Below are positions 23,783-38,297 of a stretch of DNA of 64,000 nt, piece after piece. Source of the DNA: Klebsormidium nitens (lineage: Eukaryota > Plantae > Klebsormidiophyceae). Made by a program: the position numbers and the translations under genes. Position 1 is the first letter of the stretch. Every line of letters begins with the position of its first letter. The notes beneath the pieces are model-generated. The model did not search any database and had not been told where the DNA came from. It worked only from the letters and a program-made list of their open reading frames with translations. The stretch spans positions 1 through 64,000 of the forward strand of contig DF237302.1 in assembly GCA_000708835.1 (NCBI GenBank), in the 5' to 3' direction.

Positions 23783-26700
23783 TCATCGAGGGTTTATTGT
23801 CCCGCAAGCAAATGCTCTCCGGCCCACCGAATCCACTTCGTATTGCACCACGCAGTCCTCAGTTCCTGCAGAAAAGCCGTTGGCAGTTTGACGACCACCT
23901 TGTGACTAAATCTATGCCAGGTCTGGACGATTCTTGAGCCGGCAGTGAAAAGCATCTCCCCGAGATCCCAAAGGTTCAGGTGAGTAAAAGCATCTACTGG
24001 GCGCAAGAACGTCAATGTATAGACCTTCTAGTGCGCACCGCCAACCCATAGCCCTGCTAGCGGACTGCGTTACCTGGCACCGAAGTGCCCAACTTAGCCT
24101 CGTTTCTCAACGGTTGAAAACGCCAGATCAAAGCGAACCGTGCAACAAGCTAAGCGATGCTCAGACGTCGACCAGAATACCGAATCTTCTGTGGCGACTC
24201 CTTGGCTGCAAAGGCTGCCAAGAACCTGGCGAGGACCCATGGAAAGTCCGCACAGCACTCGTGAAACGCTCGTAATCGTACTGGCTGAATAGACCAAACG
24301 AGACAACAAGAACATTTCCTGCAAGATTCGGACAGCATCCGATGCCTAGATGACATCAGCGGGCCCCTCGACATGGTCCGCTAAAATAGATGTTCGTTCC
24401 GCCAGCTTTCCCGGGCTCTTTTCAAAAGATCTCCTCACCTACAAAAAGATGGGAGGCGTCCTTGCTGAACGCCAGCCCCGATATGTGCGGCTCCTGATCC
24501 TCGTCTCCCAGCCTTATCGTCTGCACGAAGAGAACAGGGTTCCTTTCGATGCCAATCTATCCGGAAATTGGTGAACCCGCTGGCTGAAAGGACGGCCAAA
24601 CAAATGTGACTTTTCAGTGCTCAACATTTCATATGCGTCTTCTCCTGGGATCGCTAATCGACCATCCAACACCGACCTCCGACTGCTGTAGGTCATTCCA
24701 AGAAGTACTGTTACGAAGATAACGCTCAACTTCGGTAGAGAAAGAGTCAGAACAGTAAGCGCCTGACAACACCTGTTCCACCATGAGCGCAGTTGAGGTG
24801 TTTCGAACGGGATCCTTGTCTACAGTTCAAGTCGCTTCACGTCCAAGCCCTTCTGCAGATCGAACCCGTGGTGACGTCAAGATCAACTCGACTCGTTCAT
24901 GCGGCGAATGATTTGTCTTGACAATCTGAGATGCGCCCAATGCAGCCGATCGGGCTCAGCGATCGGACGGCGGTCAGCGCACCTGTTTCCTATCGTACGT
25001 CCGGCTGTCCACCACGTGGACGAAGGAGGTATGCTCCGAAAAAGCTAGCAGGTCGTGCGGGCCGCGGGTGTACTTTACCACGCGGCACGCCCCCTGCACA
25101 CGCAGTACGTCGTTTAGATAACCAGAGCTTAGTCTACTTTTCAGGATTTTAAACTTGACTTGCCGACAAGGTCGCTTGACGACGCGGCGTGCAGACGCAA
25201 GTGAGAGACCAACTTGCGGATAACAAGCAACGGGAGGGTGTGAGTCTCGCTGTCTGCTCACCTCCTTCGAGTGGAACTTGGCCAGCACCTTTCCGAACCG
25301 GATGTCCCACACGCAAACCGTTCCGTCCTGCGGGCGAATGGACGGACATCAAGCTAAGCGATTCGTTTCAAGGATCCAGAGCTGACCATCCGCGACCTTA
25401 AACAGACGGTGAAGACGGATTGAAGGAGCAAAAGCCGCAGAGGCGGTGCATGTACGGAGGATTGGTAGACTATTCAAGGACAGATGCCAACAGCGTGGGC
25501 GCAAGTCAATTTAGACTGAGTATGTATCCCATAAAATGCAACCCAACAAGCTAGTGGGCATTCAAGAAACCGGAAAGCCAAACACCAGTTTTTTAGCTGC
25601 TGCACGGCCACGACCTGGCACATCTTCAAGAGCTCGCACGATAAGTGATGCCGGCAATTCGAGGCTGGATCAAGAAGGAAGCGTGATTGACTACAGGTAA
25701 TACAAGACCTGGCTTGCAGGCAGTCAACTTACGCGGTATGCGAAGTTGGGGCAAGAAGCTTCAGAAAGCACTTGAAAAAAAACCCACCTGACTAGCTGCC
25801 GCGAAGGCGTTCCCTGCTGCGTTCCATGAGCAGCACATCCCGTGGTCCGAGGCTTCTGCAGTCGCCGGTGTGACGTCAGAACAGCTCGACAGATGCGGAA
25901 GGAACAAGAGCAAGACAGGCCAACAACATCATTAAAGAAGAGTAGCCTGAGAAGCAGATATAGACTTAGACGGACCTTTTTCTGCTCTTTAGAGACCAAC
26001 GACTAATCTGGCTATCTTGCATTCTTGTTGAGTCAACTTCAGAAAGTTGGGCGACAATCGAGGTTCTCGAAGGTTTGGACTGCCGAGAATCAATTGAAGC
26101 ATTCATGTCAATTCCGGCAGATTGTGCGGGTTTAAATTTTCTAATATCTGCACTGATGGGAACCGGCACTTTTTCTTCAATACACACTACAATCGGAACC
26201 TTGCGGCGTAAAGAATCTTAGCACTACGGGTTGCCAAACGGCGTGGGTAAAGTGAAAGCAGCTGTAAGAGAGGTTGCGATTAAGGAGAAACTCTTGGCCT
26301 AAAACGTTGTTGTCAAGATATTGCTGCAGTAAAAGAGAGAAGATCAAATGAACGATCGACTCTGCAGTGCTGGTGTCAGATCGAAGAATCAAGGCAACTA
26401 GAATCTGTTCTCACCGCTATATGTGGTGATCCGATTGAAGCCGTTCTTTATACTGTACAGGTAAGCATGTCGCGAGTCCCCTACACATGCCATGTAACTC
26501 CCGCATGGAGACACCTGCACCGGAGGTTGCTTGATTGAGACCCGCCTCTTGGTAGAGTTTGATAAGAACACAACAAAAGCGCAGACCCTTAGGACCCTGC
26601 CGCGACCATTCTTACAACTGCCCCTGATCGTATAATTCTGGAATCTGGATTGCAGCAAGAAGCGTCCCCTAAGTGGCTATTGAGGAGCCTCACACGATGA

Positions 26701-28626
26701 AGAGGAGGAGCGGACTCTTCGCTCATCTTTGAAGCACGTTCCACAAAATGGAATCTGTGCCTCAGCAATCTCACTCAAATAGAGCCTACAGCATCAGCTC
26801 ACCGCAGTGTAGTTGATGGCGACGCTGCAGAAGATGGTGTCCAGTTGGACCATCCCAGGTAGGCTCAGCACCTTGATCGTGTCATCGTTGTTGCTGACCT
26901 GAATCATACACATAGGTACAGAGACATTAGAGCCATCTATATTCCATCCTTTTTGCTGACCCAGAAAGTACGTAGCGAGAATTGTCGCACTATCGTGACT
27001 AAGGTTGGTGGTTTAAGAGGGAAGGGATCCACTCCACCTTGACGGCAACAAGGTATGACCGTGTGGATACAGGAGCGAGGACAGGACGTGTCTGGGCCAG
27101 GTTGAACCCTGGGCAACACGCAGAAGGAACCCTCAATTGATACGGAGCCCAGAAAGCGGCTGAACTACAGATAGAGACTGCTCTCTGACCGACCAGAATC
27201 CAAAACTGAAGCCAACATGACCGCATAAGGCCGAGCGGAAAGAAAATATCTCAACAAGCGCCGTCCTTTCTTGGGCCCCTCGGCAAGGAAAAGTGAACAG
27301 TACATGGTCACAAGCAGGTGCCTTGAACACCGGCCTGTATTTTCGTAATCAAACGAGATGTCTTCAGCGACTGGCTTCCCCATGGTAACCTCACGTCGTT
27401 ACATAGTTTGATTCGGCGCCAGTCATAAACACAACCATGGCGGCGAAACACAGAAAGACAGACCTCCAGATGAAGCAAAGGTGCAGGATCAAGCCTGCAA
27501 AAGCTCACCAGTAGCCAGACATCGCCAGGATTAGGTCCCCTTGCGATGTGCAGCGCGTTATTTACCGTCCCCCCAGCGACCCCATTGAATACACAACTGC
27601 GTAAGAAGCATCAAGATGTCATCATCACATCAGAGTACGATCCATCTGGGGTGCATAGGTATCGAGGGCCCCACTCGGGGCGTGCTAGAACTTGCTTACT
27701 ACTGTGAGGGACACAACCAAGAAGGAACAGCGAAAAACACTAAGGCGGAAGCGTCTGATCATGCCGTGTTGTGCACCACTCTCACCATCTCTCACCATCA
27801 AAATTAATGCAAAGCAACTGCGAGGTTGGCAACAAACCCCATCAACCTCAAAAGTTATGCTGAAACAACCTAAGGAGGATCTGAGCACGCCCAGTGCACA
27901 CAGTGGCAAGCCCACTTGACCTGGACATTAGTAGCGCGTAAGAGGTTGACCACCAGAGCTCCAAAAAGAATTGGGAAAGAAGAGACTTCTCACCTATTAT
28001 CCTCTAGTCTAGTGACGGTCAGCTCGCTCTGCTGCCCGCCGCTTGCTAGGAAACCACACCCAACTGTCATGCTCGTCGGTGAGTAGTCAAGGGTCTGCAG
28101 CAATCAGAACAGAACAGCCCCTTTGACATCTTGTTGGTGAAAGAATCTGCGGCTACACATATGCTGCTGCAGGCACAGATGCTTGGAAGCTGAAAGCTAA
28201 GTTGAAACCACAATGGGAGCATGATGAGCAAGCAATGCTGTCGCCTTATTACAAGTCGTAATTGCAAGCAGCTTACATGCAGCACTTTGACAGACAAGAA
28301 CAGGTTTTGAAAGGGGGGATCCCTTTAAAGCTCCTGACACCGCTTGAGTCTTCAAAAGTCGAAACACTCTGGATTTGAAAAATCAAAGAATGATTGCAAT
28401 TCACCTGCACTGCAAACGCCCTTGCCACGGCGGTGTCAAACGACACCACCTGCTTCCCGCACACCGTATAGAACTCGTCATCGCTATCTCCGCATGATAC
28501 CAGATCTCGCAGCTGCCAATGCTGAATTGTCGTCTTCTGGGGCCATGCCGCAACCTCATCAACGAACATGGCTTCCTCCACGCTGCTCAGCTTGATGCCG
28601 TCCGTGGCGGCCATTGCAGACACCAT
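23783..28626 (-). CDS. DUF2415-type WD40-repeat protein (S. pombe C2A9.03-like), about 338 aa
   Basis: Ten exons: 28626-28405, 28094-27994, 27596-27509, 26898-26803, 26514-26415, 25855-25788, 25327-25262, 25093-24983, 24520-24439, 23865-23783. They total 1017 nt in frame. Motifs: TIQHWQLRDLV, SNNDDTIK, SQDGTVCVWDIR, GACRVVKY, LLAFSEHTSFVHVVDSR, ISGLAFS. Confidence 0.88.
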
Positions 28627-28917
28627 GCCAAAGGGAAAGAAACATGCTCAGCGCTGGGGGTTGGCTTTTACTGAAGAAGGTAAATGCCTAAAGGCATGCA
28701 AACGCGCCGGCATGCCTGGGCAGAGAACAGACTTTCGGTTTTGCCACTCCACTGTCTCCACTGCTGGAGACACCAGCACCAGCATCAAGGCCCTTTTGAA
28801 GAGCTGAGCGGACTCCTTTGGCCGCGCGCGCGGGGCTCCCGCCCGGCCTCCCGGGCCGCGCCCGGCCTCTGCATGGGTTTCAATTGAGCAACCCTCGCAA
28901 ACCCTTGCGTCGCGAGG

Positions 28918-28937
28918 GCGGCCGCGACTTGACATGC
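28918..28937 (+). promoter_or_regulatory. Conserved upstream element of paralog A (GCGGCCGCGACTTGACATGC)
   Basis: Near-identical 20-mers lie upstream of all three paralogs, while the flanks are unalignable by eye. Confidence 0.6.
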
Positions 28938-29136
28938 GGCCGCACTTTTCAATTCTGCAGCTAAAGTCCCCACGCATTTCTGGAATGGTCGTCGTCCTCA
29001 TCACCGACTCGGCAAAAAAATCAGGTCTACTCAGTGCGGGGCGCGCTGGCCAAGCTCCAGATCCCACCTTGAACTGGACAAACGACCACCTGATCAGAGA
29101 GGCCTCAGAGAGGCGAAGACGCTGCCTAAAAAGAGG

Positions 29137-32100
29137 ATGGCGAACGTCTTCATCACGCGCTTCGGGGACCTTTTAAACAACACAGGCGCATCGGGTCCTG
29201 AGAATTCTCTCAATTTCGTTACTAACAAGTTTTCCGGATCCGACATCCTGCCAGTACTTAGAGTCAAAGAGGATGGAACTGCGGCCGCACTCCTGCCTCT
29301 GTACAGCGTCACCGTTCTCCAGGAGCTCATTCAACGAGTGAGAACGTGCTTGAGATGAGCTGTTGCAGCAATTCTCACAGATCGTCTTGCAGTCGGTTTG
29401 CGGATCTTTCTAGTAAAGAGTTCCATGTTACAAAAGGAGGAAGCCGAAGAAGGGTGTTGTTCCCACTATTTCAAATCACCGTCTACTTGGAGGTATCAAT
29501 CCTGAAACATATTGCACTATGCAGTTATAGCTCTTTCAAAAAACCAGTTCTTGAGAAGAGGAGACAATGGGCGGAAGCACTGCTATTGAAGACGCCGCTT
29601 GAACAAACCGGGCACTAATGCGGTATGTTCAAGAATTTGCAGAGTTTTGGAAAGTCGGTCCGACCAATGGTCGAATGGACCGTGACAACCATCTTCACTG
29701 AGGCGAGCCGAGACTACGTGTGGACCAATTGGAAGACTTCAAAGGGCTTGCATCTTCTGGAGTAAGCACGGATCATGCAAGCATTACATTGGCCTGGGGC
29801 ACGCCTTCTTGTATTTGAATGCTGAGTGCTTGGCATTCCATGTTAGTAGGTCTGTAGCATGGCAATGCTGATCAAGATGTGTTCATAAACGTGCTCCTTC
29901 GTCTGGTCGCCTTTTTTTGGAAAAATCACGTTCAAGCATTTGGAAATTCTGCATCCTATCCCCAGGTCCTATAGAGGCTACTCAGGAGCAGCACAATACC
30001 GACAACGCCAGCTTGTCGGCAGTCAATTTCGCACGTTGTGGAACAACCACTCTTGCTCCAGCGGAATAAATCCGCACGCCATGCCATGCCAGACTCATCG
30101 CCGTGCTGGACTTCGGCCTTCTGATAACAAGACAGCTGTACATGTACGCCTTCGTATCTGCTCCCTGCTAAAAGTGCCAATGTACGGGCGCGTGGCAATC
30201 GTCCGAAATACAGGATACTTAATCTGGATCAGGAAGACGGTCCATAACGGGGCTTTAAAAACTGGAGTTCTCATCCGATGCATGCGCTGCTGTCTGCAGG
30301 CGACTCATTTGTCCGGACTACTTGTACGAAGGGAGCTCGGCTATCTAACTCACCAGCGGAGCGCACTGCGGTCTACACCAATCATTTTTTCGTACTTGCA
30401 AAAGCAGCCTGCAACTTCTTCTCAGCCCCGGACCAATACGACTTCCTCCTGAAGGTCAAGAAAGGAAAGATTGCCTGTAAGTTCCTTCCGTGCACTTTAT
30501 GTTTTGGCCAGGGAGCTAGCGAGCCCGCCTTCGTTTCTGAACTTTGTTTCGAGTAAGATGCAGCCATAGGCTTCTTAATAACGGCACCTCGAGTTCATTA
30601 CAAAGCACGGGGGGAAGACCGTGTTTAAGGCCCAGATATCAAAAGAGGAGGGAAAAGAACGCTGTGCCATGGGAACGCACGGTGGAAAATGTCTGACTCT
30701 TTACAAATACACAAACCAGTGAATCTTAAAAACGTGCTAGTGCGAGGCGCAAGGTTCGTTCAAAACACTAACGACACAACAACACTAAGGACACAAGTCT
30801 CCGAATGTTTGTTGGGACCACCCTATTGGTCACATCACTCTAGATTTAAAGCTGAAGCGATGTTAAGAGCTTTCCTTAAGCTGTTCCTCATCAAGAGTCG
30901 TCAGTAGACATCCTCAACGCTGCGTTTTTGCCGACCTTGGATGCTGATGCGCTGCCTTTGTCCCGAACGATGGCAAAATTGGTGGAGTAACTTCGGCATA
31001 GCCGGCGTTCTTGGCTGCAGGCCTTACGCCCACTCTGCGGAAAGAAGAAAACGAGAAGCGCGACCTTCACGCCCAAGCAGCAGCACGGCTGGATGCCGTT
31101 TGCAGTGATATCTTACGGGACGGCCTCCGGAAGTTACAAACCGTGAGAAATTTGACCACACCTTTTCTGACGACGTCTTCAAGTCTGACCAAAGATACGC
31201 CCTAAGCGGAAGGCGCACATTTTGTGAATAGGACGCGCAGTACTCGTCCTCTCTGATTGGGCTTCATTCCGGCCGCCTACATACACGAAACTTGGATATT
31301 TTTCATGACCTTCTTGGCTCCCTCCCTCCACCCATACCTGCTGTCGACTTGTAACGTACGAGTTCGCATGTCGAAAGCAATCTGAAAGACCATTGCTAAA
31401 GTTGTCTCCAGGTTCTTCAATTTTTCAAAACTGAATATATGTGGACTGCATACGTGTCGCAGATCCTCGAGGACAACCCCGACGCGTGCAAGATGCTCGC
31501 TGACTACGAAGACTTGATTGGGCGCAATGAAGTGGCCCGCAAGTCCTTTCTGGGCGAATTTGCTGCAAGCACCTACAGCTACAAGTATTGTTGACATTGT
31601 AGTGGTCTCCTTTCACCTTTTCTGCACATTCTGTGGGGTCTTGTCTCCGATGTTGGAGGTCTTTTGCAAACGTTTTATTTATCCCCTTCTGGCAATCCGT
31701 GATCTAGACTCCAGATGCACAGCGTGAAGGAATAGCTTATGGAAAACACTGTTGCCATTTTGAAAGTCTAACAAGACGTTTTAACTTGTTGAAGTGCTTT
31801 GAGTTGTATTGGATCTTGATCAAGCAAGATAGTAACTTATCAACACAAATGATTCCGTACAAAGATGCTGCGTGGCTGATTGTAAGAAGCAGAAGCATTC
31901 ACAGATGCGTCCGCTATTTTGCATGATGACACGAATGCTAAATGATACAGAACTTCACTTTGTCGTCGCCTCTGGATATCACCTACTTTCAAGTTGCAGC
32001 TTGCGACTCTTCGCAGATCAATACACAGCTTTACTGAAGCACGTGAGTCCCCCAAAAAACGCGGCATGCATTTGCAGAATTGAACATTCCCATCCGAAGC

Positions 32101-32897
32101 ACAAGGCTCGGCGCTACCTGTCACTGGTGAAGGAGGTTGTCACAAATGATTCGTACTACACGGAGGTGAGTAACAAGCACAGCTTAAGAAACACCTTTCA
32201 CAGCTCAAGTTTTAGTGTCCTGTCAAACACTCGCGGCTAGTCAAGAACGTCTGCAGGTCAGACTGGCAAGTTTTGAGGTGGAACAAGGAAAAGGAAAATC
32301 TGAAATTATCGAGAGCGAACGAACCTATTTGCGGTTTAGCTTATCTAGGTTGAGCGCGCCTTCCTCATGTGAAGCTTCAGGGTACCCCTGGATTACTACA
32401 ACAAAATGTGCTGATAAGCGCACATTTTCGCAAACCGAACAATGGCGATACCAATTTCTCTCGACTTCTGTGATCCAACGTGTATACATGGAGAGGACTT
32501 CTTGCTCATCTGGAGGATCCTCATTTCTGGAGATATATTGAGGACTCTCAGGTACTGATCTTGCCGTTGTGGCACTTATTTGATCGTTCATGAGAGAAAG
32601 CTTCTTTGGCAATTGGGCTTTGACCGCCTGTGGGAATCGGTTTGTTTGTGTAGCACACTGCAGTTGCTGCATCTGAGTCTGATCCTTGCCGCTTTGCAGG
32701 AAACTCCGCATCTGATGCAATTTGGGCTTCTACTTTTGGAGGCTGAGGTTGACAAGCTGCCCCCCGAAGTCTCCCCAGAGGACTCTCCAAATTCGTCGGC
32801 CTCGGGTGTCCGAAAGGTCGTGGAGATAGAGGAGTCGGAGTCGGATGAGGAGGAGGAAGAGGGATCCAGGCGCTCTGGACTTCGTGCTTGCTGGTGA
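29137..32897 (+). pseudogene. Unknown 7-exon gene family, paralog A (frameshift in exon 3)
   Basis: Exons 29137-29337, 29643-29761, 30300-30476, 31021-31142, 31463-31584, 32078-32165, 32700-32897. Exon 3 is 177 nt and cannot satisfy phase 2 in and phase 1 out. Alignment to paralog C indicates about 2 nt missing near 30328. Confidence 0.8.
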
Positions 32898-34092
32898 GGC
32901 TTGGTGATTGCTGGTGAGACCGAGATAGAATCTGCTGAGAATTTTGCAAGAACAGTTTGAAAGGATTAATGAGATATTGAGAGACGGACTTCCGACTTAT
33001 TGGGTCATTCGAATTCCTCCGGATTGTAAGAGAGGAGGACGTGCACGAAGTCGCTCGCTGGCAATTGAAGTTTGCAAAGTCGGTGTTTCTTGCCATCGCG
33101 TTTCCTTTCTTCATTCCGGGGACATGGTTGATACTGAAGTAGCTCTGGCCTCCTGCCGTGCAGGTGGCGACAAAAGGCGGGAAGACTCTTGGATTGAAGA
33201 CCTACATGTTCTCTGCTTGCGGATCTCATGGAGATCCTTTGTGTAGAAAAATAGAGAGGAAGTCGGTGCATGCTTAATCAAGTAGGAAGCTGCCGTCAAA
33301 GATTCAGCGCAGATGATAGGAGTCATGTAAACAAATGGAGGAAAGTTGCAAGAACTGGCAGCACACTTGAAGCAGGCTCAATCTCGATCAGCCCGCTCAA
33401 GATGAAACCGATTTCGATCAAAAAGTTGCCTTATTACGGTCGAGCACTGCAGAAGCTGGCTGCGAGCTTGATCACCGACATATAATACTGCTTCATGAAG
33501 CCCGCAGTAATACCATGATGCGGGAGATTTAAAGCCGATATCTAGTAGCCTGCACGGGGCCTGCGCCAACTTCAATTGAGCAAACCTCGTGCAAAGCTCT
33601 GGCAGGCGTGGAAAAGCGAGAGCGCCTCACCTCGCCGCAAAGAATGCAAAAACCTTACAGAGCGCGAAAAACAAGGGCTTCGCATGACTTGTAACCCAAA
33701 AATTCCAGCAGCAGTGCGCCGCGATCTCGCGCGCGCCCGCAATCCTCCCGCGATTGCGGAGGAATCGGGATGCGAGTATGCCTTCGCGGGCGATTGTTGC
33801 GTCAGCTCTTGTTGACATGGCGCCCATCCCTCTGGGCTATACCACGCCCTTCGGATGCGCTTGGGACCGTCCAGTGCCGGCACGAACTGCCCCAGGCGAA
33901 CCGTGACGTCAGCCCCGGACGGCCGCGCGGTCGAGAATGGTCTCGAAACGGCCATCGGGACATCGTGAAAGGGTTTTGGGTTTGTACGTAGTTGACGTAC
34001 CAGCCTGACCAGCCGTCAGCCGCGTCGCCGGATCGCGAGTAGTGGGGCTGATCTTGCACAAACCTCGAAACCCGGCTTGGTCGCGAGTGCGC

Positions 34093-34112
34093 GCGGCCGC
34101 GACCTGACAGGC
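34093..34112 (+). promoter_or_regulatory. Conserved upstream element of paralog B (GCGGCCGCGACCTGACAGGC)
   Basis: Matches the elements at 28918 and 39271. Confidence 0.6.
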
Positions 34113-34247
34113 GCGGCATCTAGCTGGCATGCGGTCGCCCTAATCGAGTCTCCAAACTTAGGTTTTTGATCGGGTGCAGATGGGTGCAGCGTGCTGGCCG
34201 TGCTTCAGTCCATCTGAGTCAGAAGAGTGAAGCGGCCTGAAACGACG

Positions 34248-37200
34248 ATGGCGACGGAGCTCATAGAGCCCGCGAGCGTTCACCTGATCAAACCTGACCA
34301 ATTCAGTGACCATCCTCTTGTCAAAGCCTTCCGAAGCACTGCGTCCGGCAGCGACGTTCCAGTACTCAAGGTTAACGAAGATGGAACTGGAGGCGCTCTC
34401 ATTCCTCTGTACAGCGTGTCCACCGTTCAAGAGCTGATCCGCTGGGTAACCGCACACCAGATCGGCAGGGAATCGGCAGGTGCTGAGAATAGCTTCCAAC
34501 CAATCCTTGCACATGAATTTTGTACTACAGGATGCTTGCAAGTCAAGTGGAAGACGCTGAGGTCATTATTTCTCCTCATGCTGGAGAGGCTTACTCAGAC
34601 TCAATTCAAACCTTGCTGGATCGACAGTTATAAGCGGTGATTTGCAATCTGCAGAGCTCTTTGGTTATGCAAGCGGTTGAAGCTCTAAACGCAATAAATC
34701 GCCGAACAATCTGTTGACGAGTCCGGCTGGGGGAATTATACCTGATGTGGTTTAATTCAAAACCTTGCAGGGCTTTGGAGAGTCAGTCCGGCCAACGGTT
34801 GAGTGGATCCTGGCACACATTTTCACTGAGGTGACCCAAGAGTATGTGAAGACCAACTGGAAGACTTCAAAGGGTTTGCATCTCTTGGAGTAAGCTCAAT
34901 CGATATCATAGTATCATAGTATGCGGCTCTCCAATTTTTGAATCTTGAGTGCGTCGTGGGATTCGCTTCGCATCCTTTGAATCTCCTCTCGCTCCCTTTT
35001 GCCGCACAGCGTACAATTCCGAACGAGTTCAATAACTTCGTTCATCAATGGATTGCCGCTTTTTGCGCACGTTGAAAAGACTTAATCTGGGTCCAACTTA
35101 TCAAAACGATAAGCGAAGCCAGGATCACCACCCCAGAATTTGGGCCTGGTCATGTCACGGCTGCAGACTGTTCCGTCTTTACTCTCTTGGCATAAGTGGT
35201 GCTCAGGGTGTGCGCCAATGCTAATTCGTTGGTAGTTTAACATGGTAAGTTGGAACCAGTCTGGGAAGGAGGCTTGAAAAAAGCAGTGAATATCGTATGC
35301 ACCATGGTCTGCAGACGACTTATCTGCCTTCCGGATCCGGATGACGAGCTCGACAAGCGTGGATTTCGTTTGTCTGATGCACCGCCGGACCGCACCGCAG
35401 TCTACTCCTCCTGGTTCTCGGAACACGCGAAAGCAGCTTGCCACTTTCTCTCAAGCCCTGACCAATACGACTTCCTTCCCGGGGCCAAGAACGGAAAGAT
35501 TGCGTGTAAGTAATTTTCTGCATTTTACCTTGTGGCCATGCTCACGCTACCAATTGCGCCCTTCGTTTCAGCTGAGTCAGAATGCAGGCAGGGGCCTTCT
35601 GGTCTCATCATCTTATCTGCTTCCAAAGCGCAGAGTCCCTTTCTAAAGAGCTAAAGGAGAAAGCTGTCAGACCCCGTAGCTAGCCGCGCCAATCGCCAAT
35701 AGTATGGGGGCGCCATATAACCTGAAGGTTGCAAGCACGAATTAAGATATCCACAATGGCAACTTTCTGAGCGATAACACCGCGTCAGTGCCAGGCGCGG
35801 CGCCTGTTCCAGGTTGTAATAGATTCAGAAATATTCATGTGGACCAACCTGGTTGACTCAGACCTTGAAGCGGACGCGACTTCGAGAGGCTTGTTTAGGA
35901 ATGGGTCCAACCAAGGGACGTTCAAGTGAAGCTCTGGAAGCTGCGTTCCTGGCCTTTGCTTTGGAACTGCTCTCGGCCCGACCGACAGCAAACGGAGTGA
36001 ACCACCTTATCTTTGCACCCTGACTGCAGGTCTTGGACGAAATCCGCAGGAGGAGGAAAAAGAGAAGCGCGACCCGTACCCTCAGGCAGTAGCACAACTG
36101 AATAGAGTTCTCAATGACATCTTACGGAACGGCTTCCAAAAGTTGCAGTCTGTGAGAAATCTATTACGGCACGCTTCGCAATACATTGTTTTCTCTCATA
36201 GAAGAAAGGCTCTTCATCCAAAAGCAAACTTTTCAAAACATCCAGAAAGCAATCCTTCCTGATCTGAGAACAAGAACATCAGAATCTTGATGGCGGTGTT
36301 CATAATTGAAACATGAGTTTCATTTTAGGGGTGATCTAGCTCCTCTGCAACTTTAATCATTTGATCAGGTCCTTTGGAATAAGACTAGAGCCTCCTCATC
36401 GAATCTTTAAGAGCAAGACAAAACTCAGTAAAAATCATATAATGGTCTGCTCCTCAACATTCCTTGCTAAAGACTTCTGAATAGTTGCCTGTTTCAGATC
36501 TGCAAGGACAATCTCGACGCGTGATTACGAGTACTTGATCATGCGCGATGAGGTGGCCCGCAGATCCTTTCTGAAAGAGCTCACTGCAAGCACGTCCGGC
36601 CCCAGGTGATAATATTAGCAGGGGTTTACTTTCAATCTATTTCGCAGCATTGAGATCTTACGTTGGCAGATATTGATGGCAATGTTCTGAATACAATTTC
36701 GGTACTGACAAGACCGTGTGCCTAAAATTCCCGCCTAGAGTTCCACAAATCACCTGCCCGCAGTCGCTTCGTTGTCAGAGAAACTTAAAGCGAGCAACAG
36801 GGTTTCTAATTGCGTCCGCTGACTCTGCGTCGACTAACGGTGACTTCAACCAGACAGACTTCGATTACTTCCCGCCGACTTTTGCTTTTCGCCCACCAGA
36901 ACAGAACTTCGAAGCAGGTTCCAATCCCACATGTGCACATGATTCTTCGATCACTGATCAACAAAAGAATTCAACTGCAGATATGGAGAGTTCCGTCCGA
37001 AGGAAAAGGCTCGTCGTTTCCTGTCTCTGATAAAGGAGATCGTCGAGAAAGATCCATTCTACACAGAGGTAGGTCGCACACATGGCTTTGACCCACTTGA
37101 GCAGCTCTTTACAACTTTCCAGGTCGTTGTGACCCGCGCGGAGATCTAGAGTACTGCAGAACAGGATCGTATACACTCAGAGGTGTAATTAGGCAGTAAG

Positions 37201-37804
37201 GTAGATTTACATTTCTTAGGATCTGAATGGCCTTCGCAGCTTTTTTCGAGTTCAGCGCGCCCTTTGCGGTGTGATCAACCTGCACGGGGACCTCTGGCTT
37301 GTATCCTACGCTTTAAGTCAGGATCTTTTGTTCGTACAAGAGCATCCCTGATGTTTCGTGACAAGGCCATTCCTGTGAATGGCGTTCAAGGTGCCGATAG
37401 TATCCGCTCCGCTTCCATACCAATGACCCCGAGCTCTAAATTGTAACCTGCCATACTGATCTTCTCCAAAAGCCGGAAGAGAAAGTCTGGACATCACCGG
37501 CAGAAGCAAGGGGAGGTACTGTTCTTTCGGAGATGTCCTGTACTCTGCGCGTGCGTCGCCAACCCGAAGAACGCTATCTCCTAACCTGGTCCTCCCTGCT
37601 TTGCAGGAGACTCCGCACCTGATGCAGTTTGGGATTTTTGTTATGGAGGCGCGGCTCAATGATATGCCCGAAGTGTGGCCAGTTCCGTCAACTTCGGGCG
37701 TCCGGCGGAAGGTCTTGAAGCTGGAGGATTCGGACTCCGAGGGGGAGGAGGAGAAGGGACTCAAGCGTTCTGGACTGCGTGCACGTGCACGTGCTTGGTG
37801 GTGA
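34248..37804 (+). pseudogene. Unknown 7-exon gene family, paralog B (14-nt deletion and TGA in exon 5)
   Basis: Exons 34248-34445, 34771-34889, 35315-35505, 36030-36151, 36498-36605, 36981-37068, 37607-37804. Exon 5 is 108 nt against 122 nt in A. It lacks gcaagatgctcgct, which creates TGA at 36522-36524. Confidence 0.82.
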
Positions 37805-38149
37805 GACTCCGTGCTTGCTGATGAGGCCGCAAGAGAGTTTTCTTTTGTTTGTTAGGGAAGATGGGGAGAAGAGGTGATTACAAAATCGTACGCTCCCTCG
37901 TCAAATTTGCAGCCTTCCGGATCGACGCCGCCGCACCGCGCGTGGCGCATGCAGAAGACAATCCTTCAACGCGCCCGCGACTGGCCGCGCCGACCCCTCC
38001 TTGTATGTTTGCTACAGAACGGAACGTGTTAGACGCGCGCTTGGCAGCTAGGTAGCGCTCGGCGCGCCAGGCGCTGCCAGAAGGCTTCGGTTCTCTTCAT
38101 GGCGTTTCCGAGAGGTTTAGGTTGATCTGGCAATCGCTACGGCAGCTTG

Positions 38150-38297
38150 GAAAACCTTCCGGACAGGTTCCGGACAACGTCCGGAGCGTCCACTTGTGCC
38201 CGATTTCTGTCTCGTGACTGCAGACAAACTCCGGACATGGGATATGAGTTGCGAACAAGGCCCGGACAGCGTTCGGACAAAAGGCTTTCTCACAGTG
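38150..38297. mobile_element. Possible orphan right end of a CACTA/CACTG (En/Spm)-type DNA transposon
   Basis: Six CCGGAC/CGGACA-like short repeats are followed by ...ctcaCAGTG at 38293-38297. No matching left end or target-site duplication was found. Confidence 0.3.
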
